The notes under the pieces are model-generated. The model was not told the DNA's origin. It saw only the letters and a program-made list of their open reading frames with translations, and made no database searches. Below are positions 15,309-23,701 of a stretch of DNA of 41,544 nt, one piece after another (position 1 is the first letter of the stretch; each line of letters opens with the position of its first letter). Position numbers and translations under genes: made by a program. Source of the DNA: a virus; the IMG/VR virus record IMGVR_UViG_3300025572_000005. One strand, 5' to 3'.

Positions 15309-15493
15309 GCTGTTGCCTCCCTCCACGCCTGCATGAACTCGTCTAAGCCGTACTCATCGATGCGCGCCATGAGTTCCACAAGCCTGTCTAACTGCTCTTG
15401 GCTGATCTGTCCTGTGTCGTGAAGCCCGTGTACCGCCTCGAGAAACCGAATATGCAGCCGATCTAAATCCCGCTCAACCTCGCTGCTTGGCAT
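15305..15493 (-). CDS. Hypothetical 62-aa protein
   Basis: ATG 15493 is preceded by GGAGGG 8 nt upstream. Overlaps the dnaB end by 20 nt. Confidence 0.5.
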   Translation of the reverse strand: MPSSEVERDLDRLHIRFLEAVHGLHDTGQISQEQLDRLVELMARIDEYGLDEFMQAWREATA

Positions 15494-16829
15494 CTCGCAA
15501 TCCCTCCAGATACCGCCGTTTCTCATCAACGTTCATGTCCCTCAGGACCGATCTCTCAGCGTCCAGCTTGACGTAGACCTTGCCGCCGTCCTTGGCGTAG
15601 CGCACTTTCTTGACGTCGATCTCCATGACACCTTGGATTTTCGTGTAGTGAGGCGCTGTCTCGTCCGTCCACTTCTCCTCGCGGTGCAACAGGAGGATCC
15701 CATCCGAGTGCTGCTCGATCACTCCCGACTCATACAGGTCGCTGATCTCAGGCCGCTTGTCCTGGCGACCAGAAAGAGCACGGTTAAGCTGACTCACCAT
15801 GATGACCGGCACCCCGATCTCACCCGCCAGAGCCCGCAACTTTTTGACGTTGTAGGCCACGGCGTGGCGCTTTTCTCGCATTCCAGGCGGGTCCTCGAGC
15901 ATCGTCAGGTAGTCGACAACGATCATGTCGATGCCCCACTGAGCGTCGAGCACTCGAGCAAGCGACTGGATATGCCGGACACCGATCTCCCGGTTGTCGC
16001 AGATGAAAAACGGCAACCCGGCAATCTTCGAAACTCCATCTACGACTCGAGTCTTCACTTCAGCCGTGACACGTCTCGAAAGGTCGAAGTCGCCCACGTA
16101 ACGAGCTACCATGCGCTCGAGTAGTGCGTCCCGGTCCATCTCGAGCGACACGAACAGGACCGTATGCCCCGTCATCGCCGCATGGTGCGCCAGGTGGAGT
16201 GTCAGATGCGTCTTGCCCACTCCTGTTCCCGCGCCGACCGTGTAGAGGCACTTGGCGCGGAGGCCCTTGAGTTTGGCGTTGAGTTCCGACAGGCCGCACG
16301 GGATGGCTTTGACGAGCGGTGCGCCACTCTCGAGCTCATCCAGTCGTTGCAGGAGGCTCCGAGCCACGTCGCCGATCTGTACCGCGTCCACAAGCTCCCG
16401 GCCGCTCACCGCCTCGGTCGCAAGCCGGATCGTCTCTGCATCGACGTCGGAGGAAGAGAGGCTATCGTCCTTGGATACTTGGGCGATGGCCTGCGCAGCC
16501 TCCCAGATGCGGCGCCTGTGTGCTCGTTCCCCGAGGAGCGCCATGCTCTCGTCCCACGAACCGAACGCCGCTTCGCCGGATGCGTGTTCCATGAGCGCTT
16601 GAGCCTCTACGGGGCCGACATCGCTGCGGAGGATACCGTACACAACCTCCCGGATCACGCGACCGTGGCGATCCCGGCATTGCACCAGGGCATCGTAGAG
16701 TGTCCGAGCGTGCTTGCTCGAGAAGAGCGCCCTCCCGCCTCGCCGCTCCAGATCGTCGAACCGGCGCGCGTCCTCGAGGACAAGGCCGAGCACCCTGCTC
16801 TCGTCGGTGTCGAAGTCAGTAGCCGTCAC
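15474..16829 (-). CDS. dnaB: Replicative DNA helicase DnaB
   Basis: 451 aa, Walker A GAGTGVGKT, VLFVSLEM, Walker B-like DMIVVDYL, and a DnaB-type N-terminal domain. Confidence 0.92.
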   Translation of the reverse strand: MTATDFDTDESRVLGLVLEDARRFDDLERRGGRALFSSKHARTLYDALVQCRDRHGRVIREVVYGILRSDVGPVEAQALMEHASGEAAFGSWDESMALLGERAHRRRIWEAAQAIAQVSKDDSLSSSDVDAETIRLATEAVSGRELVDAVQIGDVARSLLQRLDELESGAPLVKAIPCGLSELNAKLKGLRAKCLYTVGAGTGVGKTHLTLHLAHHAAMTGHTVLFVSLEMDRDALLERMVARYVGDFDLSRRVTAEVKTRVVDGVSKIAGLPFFICDNREIGVRHIQSLARVLDAQWGIDMIVVDYLTMLEDPPGMREKRHAVAYNVKKLRALAGEIGVPVIMVSQLNRALSGRQDKRPEISDLYESGVIEQHSDGILLLHREEKWTDETAPHYTKIQGVMEIDVKKVRYAKDGGKVYVKLDAERSVLRDMNVDEKRRYLEGLRDAKQRG

Positions 16830-17713
16830 GTCGCCTCACCTCCCGCAGCCTGCTGGAGTCGTGCAAGCTCGGCGTCGATCCAAGATGTTTCGTCGTAGGC
16901 CGGAGAGGCGCGGGGGTGCGTGGTCCTCTGCCTCCGCTCTCGTTCGTGCGCTTCGGCGGCTTCGGCAGTAAGTAGGCCGTCGTCAAGAAGCCGCTGCATG
17001 ATCCGGCGCAGATGTTTTGGACCGCGCCCGTCGGACAGCCGATGCTCGTATATGGCCCACTTGATGGCAGATGGTTGCAGGCCCTTGGCTTCGAACTCGT
17101 CGATCACTTCGAGGCTTGTCTGAGGACAGACGGTGCCGAATGACTGCTCGTAAAACTTGAGTGGCGAGATAGTGTCGTCGGCGATCTGGGCGGCGGGGGT
17201 GGCGGCGGCAACGGGTGGTGTCTCCCGTTTCTTACTCGCACTAGCATTACTACCACCACCACTAAGGTTAGGTACGGTACGGTTAGGTACGGTGCCGCGC
17301 AACTTTTCGCGGTCGACCGTTGTACCGTCCGCGGGTCGACCGTCGGTCGACCGTTGGTTGTTGGTGCGACGTTGGCGCGATCTCTCGCGTTCTTTCTCCC
17401 GCTTCTCGAGGAGTTTCCCGGCGTAGTCATACCAGTCGTGGAGGCGTCTCTCGCCATCTCGCTCATCAATGAACCCCGCCTCCGTAAGGGCGGCAACGAA
17501 CTCAGTAGGGTCGCCTCTCCACTCGGCGGCCTCGGCAAGCTCATAGTCGGTGATGTCCCCGAGATTTCCGTCTGACGGCACGTTGTCCAACCCCCACCAC
17601 CACAACAAGTGCAGATGGCCGATCAACGTTGCGCGGTCGACCGACAAACGACCGGCGGCCCTCAACGTCTTTCGGTGCTTCGCAAGTGTCTGGTGCGACT
17701 CGATCCACGCCAC
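16826..17713 (-). CDS. Replisome organiser / DnaD-domain replication initiation protein
   Basis: C-terminal DnaD-like segment (FYEQSFG...IDEFEAKGLQPSAIKWAIYE...HLRRIMQRLLDDGLLT). 4-nt overlap with dnaB. Low-complexity linker in the middle. Confidence 0.78.
   Translation of the reverse strand: MAWIESHQTLAKHRKTLRAAGRLSVDRATLIGHLHLLWWWGLDNVPSDGNLGDITDYELAEAAEWRGDPTEFVAALTEAGFIDERDGERRLHDWYDYAGKLLEKREKERERSRQRRTNNQRSTDGRPADGTTVDREKLRGTVPNRTVPNLSGGGSNASASKKRETPPVAAATPAAQIADDTISPLKFYEQSFGTVCPQTSLEVIDEFEAKGLQPSAIKWAIYEHRLSDGRGPKHLRRIMQRLLDDGLLTAEAAEAHERERRQRTTHPRASPAYDETSWIDAELARLQQAAGGEAT
17266..17354. repeat. Iteron-like repeat cluster inside the organiser gene (candidate origin of replication)
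   Basis: Tandem ggttaggtacggtac / ggttaggtacggtgc (17266-17295). Three copies of ggtcgaccgt at 17311, 17334 and 17345. Confidence 0.5.
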
Positions 17714-17728
17714 GCCTACCGCCTCCGT

Positions 17729-17911
17729 CTAACTCGCCTTCCTACCCACCGTCAACATCTGCCTGGCCCACGCCGCAATCTCAGCCGGGCCCATCTCCTC
17801 GACTCTCTGGCTGATCCGGTCTGCACCCTCGCTCGTCAGGTGTCCCATTTCGGCCAGCTCCCACACCACGGCGCAGAGTCGAAGCCGGATGCCGTTGAGT
17901 TTATCTGCCAT
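17729..17911 (-). CDS. Hypothetical 60-aa protein
   Basis: ORF in the operon context; no motif recognised. Confidence 0.5.
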   Translation of the reverse strand: MADKLNGIRLRLCAVVWELAEMGHLTSEGADRISQRVEEMGPAEIAAWARQMLTVGRKAS

Positions 17912-17926
17912 CGTCCCACCTCCCGC

Positions 17927-18784
17927 TCATGCTCTGAAAACCGCGTCCATGTACGCCCTTATGAAACGCGCCGCGAGGACTGGAACGATTGCATTGCCCG
18001 CACCCCGCAGGAGAGCCACTCGTCCGGGTAGCCCATCAACCAGAGGCTCAAGGCCGGGTTTAATGCGCCTTGCGGTGCCGTCTGCGCAGGGGACCCAGAC
18101 GTAATCCCCCCACGGCCTGCAGAATGCGCCGTCCTCGTCAGCGATGTCCAGGGGCTCTCTTTCCGCACACGATTCTTCGCGTCGTCGGCCAACGGCGTAG
18201 GCCAACCGGCTAGCCGTGCCTGATCCTCCAGATTCCGCGCTTGCCCCTTTATCCATCGGGTGCCCTTTGCGTCGCCACGTGCCCGGGGAATATGCCACCC
18301 ACCATAGCCGTTGTCGGATGTGCGGCGCGCCGACGCTCGCAGCCGGCAAATCGGCGGCCCCGACGGCATATCCCATTGCTTCCAGGTCAGCTCGTACTCC
18401 GGCGAGCCATCGACGGCCATCAGAGCTTGCAACCTGCTCGCCAAAGATAACTGGAGGTCTACACTGATCAATGAGCCAACGCCATGCCCACCATAAGGCC
18501 CTCGGGTCGTCATCCCCCTTTCGAGCGCCTGCCGAGGAGTAAGGATGGCAAGGGCAGGATCCGGTCCACACGGGCCACTCATCCGGCCATCCTGCGAGCC
18601 TGAGCGCATACGGCCATCCGCCGATCCCGGCGAAGAAGTGAGCGTGTCGGTATCTAGCAAGCTCGTCTGGACGTACATCCTCGATGCTCCTCTCATCCAC
18701 TACGCCGGCGGGGATCTGATCTGCTGCCATGAGTTCGCGCAACCACGCTGCCGCTTTGGGATCGAACTCGTTGTAGTAGATCAC
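17927..18784 (-). CDS. DNA (cytosine-5) methyltransferase
   Basis: Motif I FFAGIGG, motif IV SCPCHPYSSAG, motif VI FGEQV, motif X GAGNAIVP. The start is set at GTG 18784, preceded by GGGAGGTGGGG. Confidence 0.88.
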   Translation of the reverse strand: MIYYNEFDPKAAAWLRELMAADQIPAGVVDERSIEDVRPDELARYRHAHFFAGIGGWPYALRLAGWPDEWPVWTGSCPCHPYSSAGARKGDDDPRALWWAWRWLIDQCRPPVIFGEQVASSDGRRWLAGVRADLEAMGYAVGAADLPAASVGAPHIRQRLWWVAYSPGTWRRKGHPMDKGASAESGGSGTASRLAYAVGRRREESCAEREPLDIADEDGAFCRPWGDYVWVPCADGTARRIKPGLEPLVDGLPGRVALLRGAGNAIVPVLAARFIRAYMDAVFRA

Positions 18785-18872
18785 GTCCCCACCTCCCGCA
18801 TATCTGTTGTGCGCATGGCGCATCCTACACTCGCGCCCTGTGCGCCTGTGGCGGCGGGGTTGATAACGCAGG

Positions 18873-18992
18873 TGCCCGCCAGTCTGCGCGCCTCCCGCCT
18901 AACGGCGTTCATCGGCGTGGGTCAAATATGGGTATGGAGTCGTGACTTCCGGTGCCAATGGCATCACCCCCTCTAAGTGCCCGCCAGTCTGC
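18873..18992. repeat. 16-bp direct repeat gtgcccgccagtctgc (18873-18888 and 18977-18992) in a non-coding gap
   Basis: Read directly; the two copies start 104 bp apart. Confidence 0.6.
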
Positions 18993-18996
18993 CGCG

Positions 18997-19416
18997 TCAC
19001 CTCGTGCCAACTATCACGCTCTCCCCGCGACGCCACGATCCAGGACCGGTCTGAACCCAACCGTCAGCGACGCGTCCTGCATCCTCCAGCTGCTTCATGC
19101 GTTCGTACATACGCCTGGACTCGTCCGACACGTTCTTCCCGGTCGCGAGCGCCGCTTCGTACATCCGCTCCAGTTCATCCCACGCCTCGACCATCGGACC
19201 CCATATCGGGTATCGCTCTGCAACCTCCCGGAGCCGTCCACGCCATTCGGGGATCAGCTTGAGGAGTCGATAGCAACGCCCAAAGTCGGATGGATCAGCA
19301 GGTGGACGAGGCCCGAAAATGCCGTTGTACTCCACGCCCATCATCACGGACCAAATCGTCTCGCTCGAAATGCCTGTGTCGCCGCCAACGATCCATTCCA
19401 AAGCCCTCTTGTCCAT
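18997..19416 (-). CDS. Hypothetical 139-aa protein
   Basis: Strong SD AAAGGAGGATAG before the ATG. No motif recognised. Confidence 0.65.
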   Translation of the reverse strand: MDKRALEWIVGGDTGISSETIWSVMMGVEYNGIFGPRPPADPSDFGRCYRLLKLIPEWRGRLREVAERYPIWGPMVEAWDELERMYEAALATGKNVSDESRRMYERMKQLEDAGRVADGWVQTGPGSWRRGESVIVGTR

Positions 19417-19652
19417 CTCTATCCTCCTTTCTGTGCTGTACTCACTGGTGCCGGGTTGATACGCTCAGCCCGGCAAAGCGGCGGGTCTCACGCTCCCCGC
19501 GGCGGCACCATGCCATGTAGCGATCAGTGAGCGTCTGATGCCCTCTGATCGACCCTCGATCCAACGCTCCATCCTCGGCAGCGCGCTCCAGCCGGTTTGC
19601 CGACCCTCATCGCACGCCGCCTCATCGCGACCACCCCCCGCTCACCTCTGCC

Positions 19653-20009
19653 TCAAAACGGCACGTCGTCGGGGTTGAAGCCGCCGCCCTCATCGCCTGC
19701 GCTGTCCGGGCGAGGGCCGACAAACGTGATCTCCTCGACGACGACCACGACCTTGCTGCGCTTCTCGCCATCCTTCTCCCACCGCTCCTGCTGGAGGCGT
19801 CCGGTGATGCCTACCTGCCGCCCCTTGGCGAGGTTATTGGCGGCGAGCTCTGCCGTCTTGCCCCAGAACGTGAGTTCGAACCAGTCCACCTCGTCCCTAT
19901 TGCCCCGTCGTGGCACGGCGATGGAGCAGGTCGCCACCGCCGTGCCGCTCTGCGTGTAGCGGAGCTGCGGATCGCCGCCGAGTCGCCCGATCAGCGCGAC
20001 TGTGTTCAT
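19653..20009 (-). CDS. ssb: Single-stranded DNA-binding protein
   Basis: OB-fold N-terminus MNTVALIGRLGGDPQLRYT and an acidic C-terminal tip DDVPF. Confidence 0.92.
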   Translation of the reverse strand: MNTVALIGRLGGDPQLRYTQSGTAVATCSIAVPRRGNRDEVDWFELTFWGKTAELAANNLAKGRQVGITGRLQQERWEKDGEKRSKVVVVVEEITFVGPRPDSAGDEGGGFNPDDVPF

Positions 20010-20920
20010 ACGAGAGCCTCCTGTTCATAGCCGGGCACCGGATCCGGCTGCATCTCGCCCAGCGCCTCGCCCGTCGCCCGCTTTGCGTCCCGCCACTCCT
20101 GCACGGCCTTCTTGACGCCAGCCTTGGCGTTCTCGTTGCCCTGGGCGGCGGCGTTGCAGTAGTCGGCGAGGGGTTTGAGCTTCGCAATGTCCACCTTGTC
20201 GGGCTTTGCGCCCAGTCGAAAGTCGATGAAGTCGGCGTAGTCCTGCGGGCTCATGCGGTGCGCCTTGTGGAGGTAGGCGAGTGCCATCGCGTTGAGGTCG
20301 TCGCGGTTGGGTGTAGCGTTGGCCGCGCCGTTCGTTGTCGGGGCGGGCGTTTCAATCTTCGGCGGCGTGACGTTCTTCATGGGCGACTTGATCTCGCCCG
20401 TTTCCATGTCCACATCCACCGCCGTGGCGTCCGGCACCGTGGCAACCTCCGTCTCATCGAGCCAGCCGAGACCGCAAATCGAGAGCGTCACACGGCGCTT
20501 CGCCTTCGTTTCGCATTTCATAATCGCGTTCGCGAGAGCGTCTCCCTTGAGCCCGGCGATGCTCACCGCGCCGATGGCCTCGTCCGTGCGTCCATTCCTG
20601 TCCTTGGCTCGGGCCGTCACGACATAGATGCCGTTGTCGTGCATCTCCCGACTTGTGATCTCCACGCTCACCCCGTTGATGGAGCGCAGTTGATCCGTGG
20701 CGTCTCGCTTGGCGTAGAGCGTGAGCTTGCCGTTGAGGTTGATGTACTCGAAAGGCTTGGTGAACGGGTTCAGACCGAGGCTGTCACACACCGTTTTGTA
20801 GTAGGCCACCCGCTCCGCCGGCTGGAGTTGTGAGAGATCGCCCTGTACGACGACCCGCTCCAACACCGCCGTTTTCTCGTTACTCGCTACCGCTAGGGCC
20901 GTGGTATTGCGTGCCATCAA
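20006..20920 (-). CDS. Single-strand annealing recombinase (RecT / Bet-like)
   Basis: YYKTVCDSLGLNPFTKPFEYINLNGKLTLYAKRDATDQLR and MKCETKAKRRVTLSICGLG are typical of Bet/RecT-family annealases. 4-nt overlap with ssb. Confidence 0.78.
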   Translation of the reverse strand: MMARNTTALAVASNEKTAVLERVVVQGDLSQLQPAERVAYYKTVCDSLGLNPFTKPFEYINLNGKLTLYAKRDATDQLRSINGVSVEITSREMHDNGIYVVTARAKDRNGRTDEAIGAVSIAGLKGDALANAIMKCETKAKRRVTLSICGLGWLDETEVATVPDATAVDVDMETGEIKSPMKNVTPPKIETPAPTTNGAANATPNRDDLNAMALAYLHKAHRMSPQDYADFIDFRLGAKPDKVDIAKLKPLADYCNAAAQGNENAKAGVKKAVQEWRDAKRATGEALGEMQPDPVPGYEQEALV

Positions 20921-21459
20921 ACAGCCCTCCCTTTCTCAGCGATCCTAATCTGTGCATGGAGCTTCATGTGTTCGCTCCGAGTCATCACCATCAGATTCTC
21001 GGGTCGGTTGTCCGTCTTATCACCGTTGATGTGGTGAACAACCTCATCGTCTCGTAGCGGTCGTCCAATCATCTGCTCAGCGACCAATTTGTGCTCTGCG
21101 TAGTAGGGGGAAACCCGATGCCTCTGCATCCTTACATAACGGTAGCCATTGCTCTCGACGGTGCCGCCCTTCCAGTTGGGGTTTCCCTCACCACTGTGCT
21201 TGACGGGGATGTATTGGCGGCTACACTCGGGAGAGCAGAACACTCGTTTCTGACGGCCCGTAGCAAGAGAGCGCGCCTGCCTTCTGTCGGGAGTAAACAG
21301 CACGCCGCAGTTCGGACACTCGACGGGATCACACCGATACTTGCGCTGGGCCGCTTGTGAGCACTCACGACTGCAGTAATGCGCCTTCTTACTGGGGTCG
21401 TTTCGGGCCTCAAACAACTGCCCGCAGTGACGGCACGGTTTGGTGATCGTAGCCATCAC
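20917..21459 (-). CDS. HNH endonuclease
   Basis: VVHHINGDKTDNRPENL plus several N-terminal CxxC Zn-ribbon motifs. Confidence 0.88.
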   Translation of the reverse strand: MMATITKPCRHCGQLFEARNDPSKKAHYCSRECSQAAQRKYRCDPVECPNCGVLFTPDRRQARSLATGRQKRVFCSPECSRQYIPVKHSGEGNPNWKGGTVESNGYRYVRMQRHRVSPYYAEHKLVAEQMIGRPLRDDEVVHHINGDKTDNRPENLMVMTRSEHMKLHAQIRIAEKGRAV

Positions 21460-21743
21460 TCACTCACCTCCTGCACTTGCTCCCACACGACGCGCTGCGT
21501 CCGCTCCCACCGGGCGTAGACGCGCCGCTTGCCGTCGTCGTACCCCCGCTCCCTCGCCCTCCGCTCGATCTCGCTCCGCACGGCCCGCTCGATCAGCCGC
21601 CAGTCGCGCTGCATGTCGTAAGCGACGGAGAGCAGCGCGCCGAGGTCGAGATCCTCCAGCTCGTGCAGTTCGATCCTTTCGCCCGTGTCGGGGCGGACGA
21701 CTGTCAGCGTCTCCGTCCCCCGCCCCACCGTGCCGATGCTCAC
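21456..21743 (-). CDS. Hypothetical 95-aa protein
   Basis: GTG 21743 has a GTGA overlap and GAGGAGGAG upstream. The ORF-track N-terminus is discarded. Confidence 0.55.
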   Translation of the reverse strand: MSIGTVGRGTETLTVVRPDTGERIELHELEDLDLGALLSVAYDMQRDWRLIERAVRSEIERRARERGYDDGKRRVYARWERTQRVVWEQVQEVSE

Positions 21744-21958
21744 GACTGCTCCTCCTCGTAAGGACCGAGGAGCCGTTGGACGTAGGCTTCGATCTGACGC
21801 GCCTTGTCGGCGATCTCTCGACATGCCCGCTCGATATCGTTAGAAACCGGGGCCTCTCGGGCGAGTTCCCACATGGCGTCCGCCGTCGAAGCCACATCCG
21901 CGGCGTACTGTTCAAGATCGGTCAGCTCTTCGATCTGACACTCTGTGAATCTCATCAC
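21740..21958 (-). CDS. Hypothetical 72-aa acidic protein
   Basis: ORF coupled to the downstream gene. Confidence 0.55.
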   Translation of the reverse strand: MMRFTECQIEELTDLEQYAADVASTADAMWELAREAPVSNDIERACREIADKARQIEAYVQRLLGPYEEEQS

Positions 21959-22041
21959 GCTTCTCCACCCTCCAGGTTGCGCCCCGGCCCCAGCCGTGGT
22001 AGACTGGAGCCGAGGGCGCTTGAGTTTGTCGCCAGCCAGCC

Positions 22042-22257
22042 CTACGCGACCACCGTTGCCGCGGTGGTCTTTTTCTGTGCCTTCGCTTCGTGCGCCGCTG
22101 CCAGAAGCGCCCGAGCCAGTTCCCGCACCTTCGACCGTGCGATGTACAGGACGGACTCGCTGTTCACCCTGACGACGATCTCACCGCTCCGAGTCTCGCC
22201 CGTCTCGATTCTGTCGCCCGGCTCGATGACGAGCTGCACCAGTTCTTTCACCCTCAT
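22042..22257 (-). CDS. Hypothetical 71-aa protein
   Basis: ATG 22257 (MRVKEL...) has a TGATG overlap and GGGGGAGGTG upstream. Confidence 0.5.
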   Translation of the reverse strand: MRVKELVQLVIEPGDRIETGETRSGEIVVRVNSESVLYIARSKVRELARALLAAAHEAKAQKKTTAATVVA

Positions 22258-22517
22258 CACCTCCCCCGCCTGATCTGCCTTATCGTCCTCTGTGCCAGTC
22301 CAGGCGCAGGCCATCGCAGGCCCGTTGCCGTCCGCAGCTTGTGCGCCGTCCTCGTGTCGTCGTAGTCGTCGTGCTCCCACTGCGCCTCGATGCCGTATAC
22401 CGCCTCCAGCAGATGGTCGGGCACGTCCACTGCACGCCGGATGCAGCGATAGATCGCGTCCATCTCACGCTGTTGGCGACGGCGCTGTAGGTCGATCACG
22501 ACTTGGTTACGCACCAT
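22257..22517 (-). CDS. Hypothetical 86-aa protein
   Basis: ATG 22517 is preceded by GGGGGTG. Overlaps the upstream stop by 11 nt. Confidence 0.5.
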   Translation of the reverse strand: MVRNQVVIDLQRRRQQREMDAIYRCIRRAVDVPDHLLEAVYGIEAQWEHDDYDDTRTAHKLRTATGLRWPAPGLAQRTIRQIRRGR

Positions 22518-22899
22518 ACACACCCCCATTGCGCCCGAATCGCTCGGTGTGGTCGATCAGCCACCGTACCGCTGCCCTCGCCGCCTGGCGTGGCAGCATG
22601 TCGCTGTTATGCACGTAGTCGACAGCCCGCTCAATCATCTCGTCCCACAGGTCGTAGCTCACGTCCCGGTGATCGATGCGGCGCTCCCACAGGGCGTCGA
22701 CCAGATAGTCGTTCACCCTGTCGGCGATGGCGCCGCCGACGCGCGCCCGCAGGTGCAACACCTTGGGCAAGCTCCCGTCTTCGTAGTGCCCGAGGCTGTT
22801 GTCGTGGCCGTAGGGTGCGGCTTTGACACGGCTCGGCGTGGGCCGCACGAGAGGGCAGAGCTGTTCGATGGGTCGTGTCGGTTGATGTGCTAGGGCCAT
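22507..22899 (-). CDS. Hypothetical 130-aa protein
   Basis: ATG 22899 (MALAHQ...) is preceded by GAGGTG at 7 nt. The rest of the 352-aa ORF-track entry is an Arg-rich shadow over the XRE gene. Confidence 0.55.
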   Translation of the reverse strand: MALAHQPTRPIEQLCPLVRPTPSRVKAAPYGHDNSLGHYEDGSLPKVLHLRARVGGAIADRVNDYLVDALWERRIDHRDVSYDLWDEMIERAVDYVHNSDMLPRQAARAAVRWLIDHTERFGRNGGVYGA

Positions 22900-22904
22900 G
22901 TGTG

Positions 22905-23444
22905 TCACCTCGGCTTCTTCTGGTATCCCTTGTCCTGCATGCGCCAGTTGAAGCGCTCGTACACCTCGGCGGGGCTGATGCCGTACTCCTCGCAGATCAC
23001 CGACACCAGCGTTTCGATCGCGTTCTCTGCGCCGAGGAGCTCCATCATCAGGCCCTCGATGATCTCCTCGCGCCGCTCTGGCGTGACGTTGCTCGGCTTG
23101 TTCACGGCGTCGAACCCCCGTATCGCCTCGATGGCCTCCTCCAGCTCCTCCAACGTTTTGGCTTTCACACTGCTCCGGTGCAGGTCCACGTTCTCGCCGT
23201 CGAGCTTGCGATGGACGAACACGAGTGACGCAACCGCCTCGTGCAGCGCCTTGTAGAGCCACGCGCAGTCCAGCTCTTTGGCGAGCGTCCGCAGCACGTC
23301 GGGGTTGTCGGGGATGCGCCCGTTCTCGACGTGCGAGATGTACGTCCGATGCACGTGGGCGATCCGGGCGATGTCGTCTTGCCGGATGCCCCGCTTGGTC
23401 CGAACTTCCCTCACTGCCACTGCAACTGCGTTCACGATCTCCAC
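22905..23444 (-). CDS. XRE-family HTH regulator with C-terminal domain (179 aa)
   Basis: HTH_3-like segment VREVRTKRGIRQDDIARIAHVHRTYISHVENG. Confidence 0.75.
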   Translation of the reverse strand: MEIVNAVAVAVREVRTKRGIRQDDIARIAHVHRTYISHVENGRIPDNPDVLRTLAKELDCAWLYKALHEAVASLVFVHRKLDGENVDLHRSSVKAKTLEELEEAIEAIRGFDAVNKPSNVTPERREEIIEGLMMELLGAENAIETLVSVICEEYGISPAEVYERFNWRMQDKGYQKKPR

Positions 23445-23701
23445 CCCCTTGCCATCGCTTTTTCACGCCAGGGCGCTTTCGTGTGCGCCGTCTTCGGTGT
23501 AGATTCAAAACCGTCGAGCCCGAGGAGGCGTTTGACCTCCTGCTTGGTGACCAAGATCCGACCACCGATTTTCACGGCCCGAATGTGGCCCCGGTCGATC
23601 TTGTGACGCACTGCCTTGTCGGTCGTGCGCAGGAGAGCGGCGATCTCCTTGACATAGAGCACGTCGGGGAGGTTGTCTAGGGTGATGCGCTCGGCGCTCA
23701 T
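23432..23701 (-). CDS. Excisionase / MerR-type HTH DNA-binding protein
   Basis: LYVKEIAALLRTTDKAVRHKIDRGHIRAVKIGGRILVTKQEV matches the excisionase-family HTH_17 pattern. Confidence 0.7.
   Translation of the reverse strand: MSAERITLDNLPDVLYVKEIAALLRTTDKAVRHKIDRGHIRAVKIGGRILVTKQEVKRLLGLDGFESTPKTAHTKAPWREKAMARGWRS

Noticed and set aside
17959-18696. 245-aa alternative-frame ORF inside the C5 methyltransferase gene. Similar nested ORFs include 2087-2818 and 1473-2000.
   Set aside because: They overlap genes whose frames carry canonical catalytic motifs. The nested frames are Arg/Ser/Pro-rich with no motifs.
18901-18964. 21-codon ORF (MPLAPEVTTPYPYLTHADERR) in the 18785-18996 gap.
   Set aside because: It is too short, the SD is directly abutting the ATG, and there is no supporting evidence. 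It is left as part of the non-coding-gap finding.
22507-23565. 352-aa minus-strand ORF spanning the XRE regulator region.
   Set aside because: Its N-terminal ~220 aa are extremely Arg/Gly-rich and overlap the motif-bearing XRE (22905-23444) and excisionase-like genes in another frame. Only the C-terminal 130 aa, from ATG 22899 with a GAGGTG SD, was kept.
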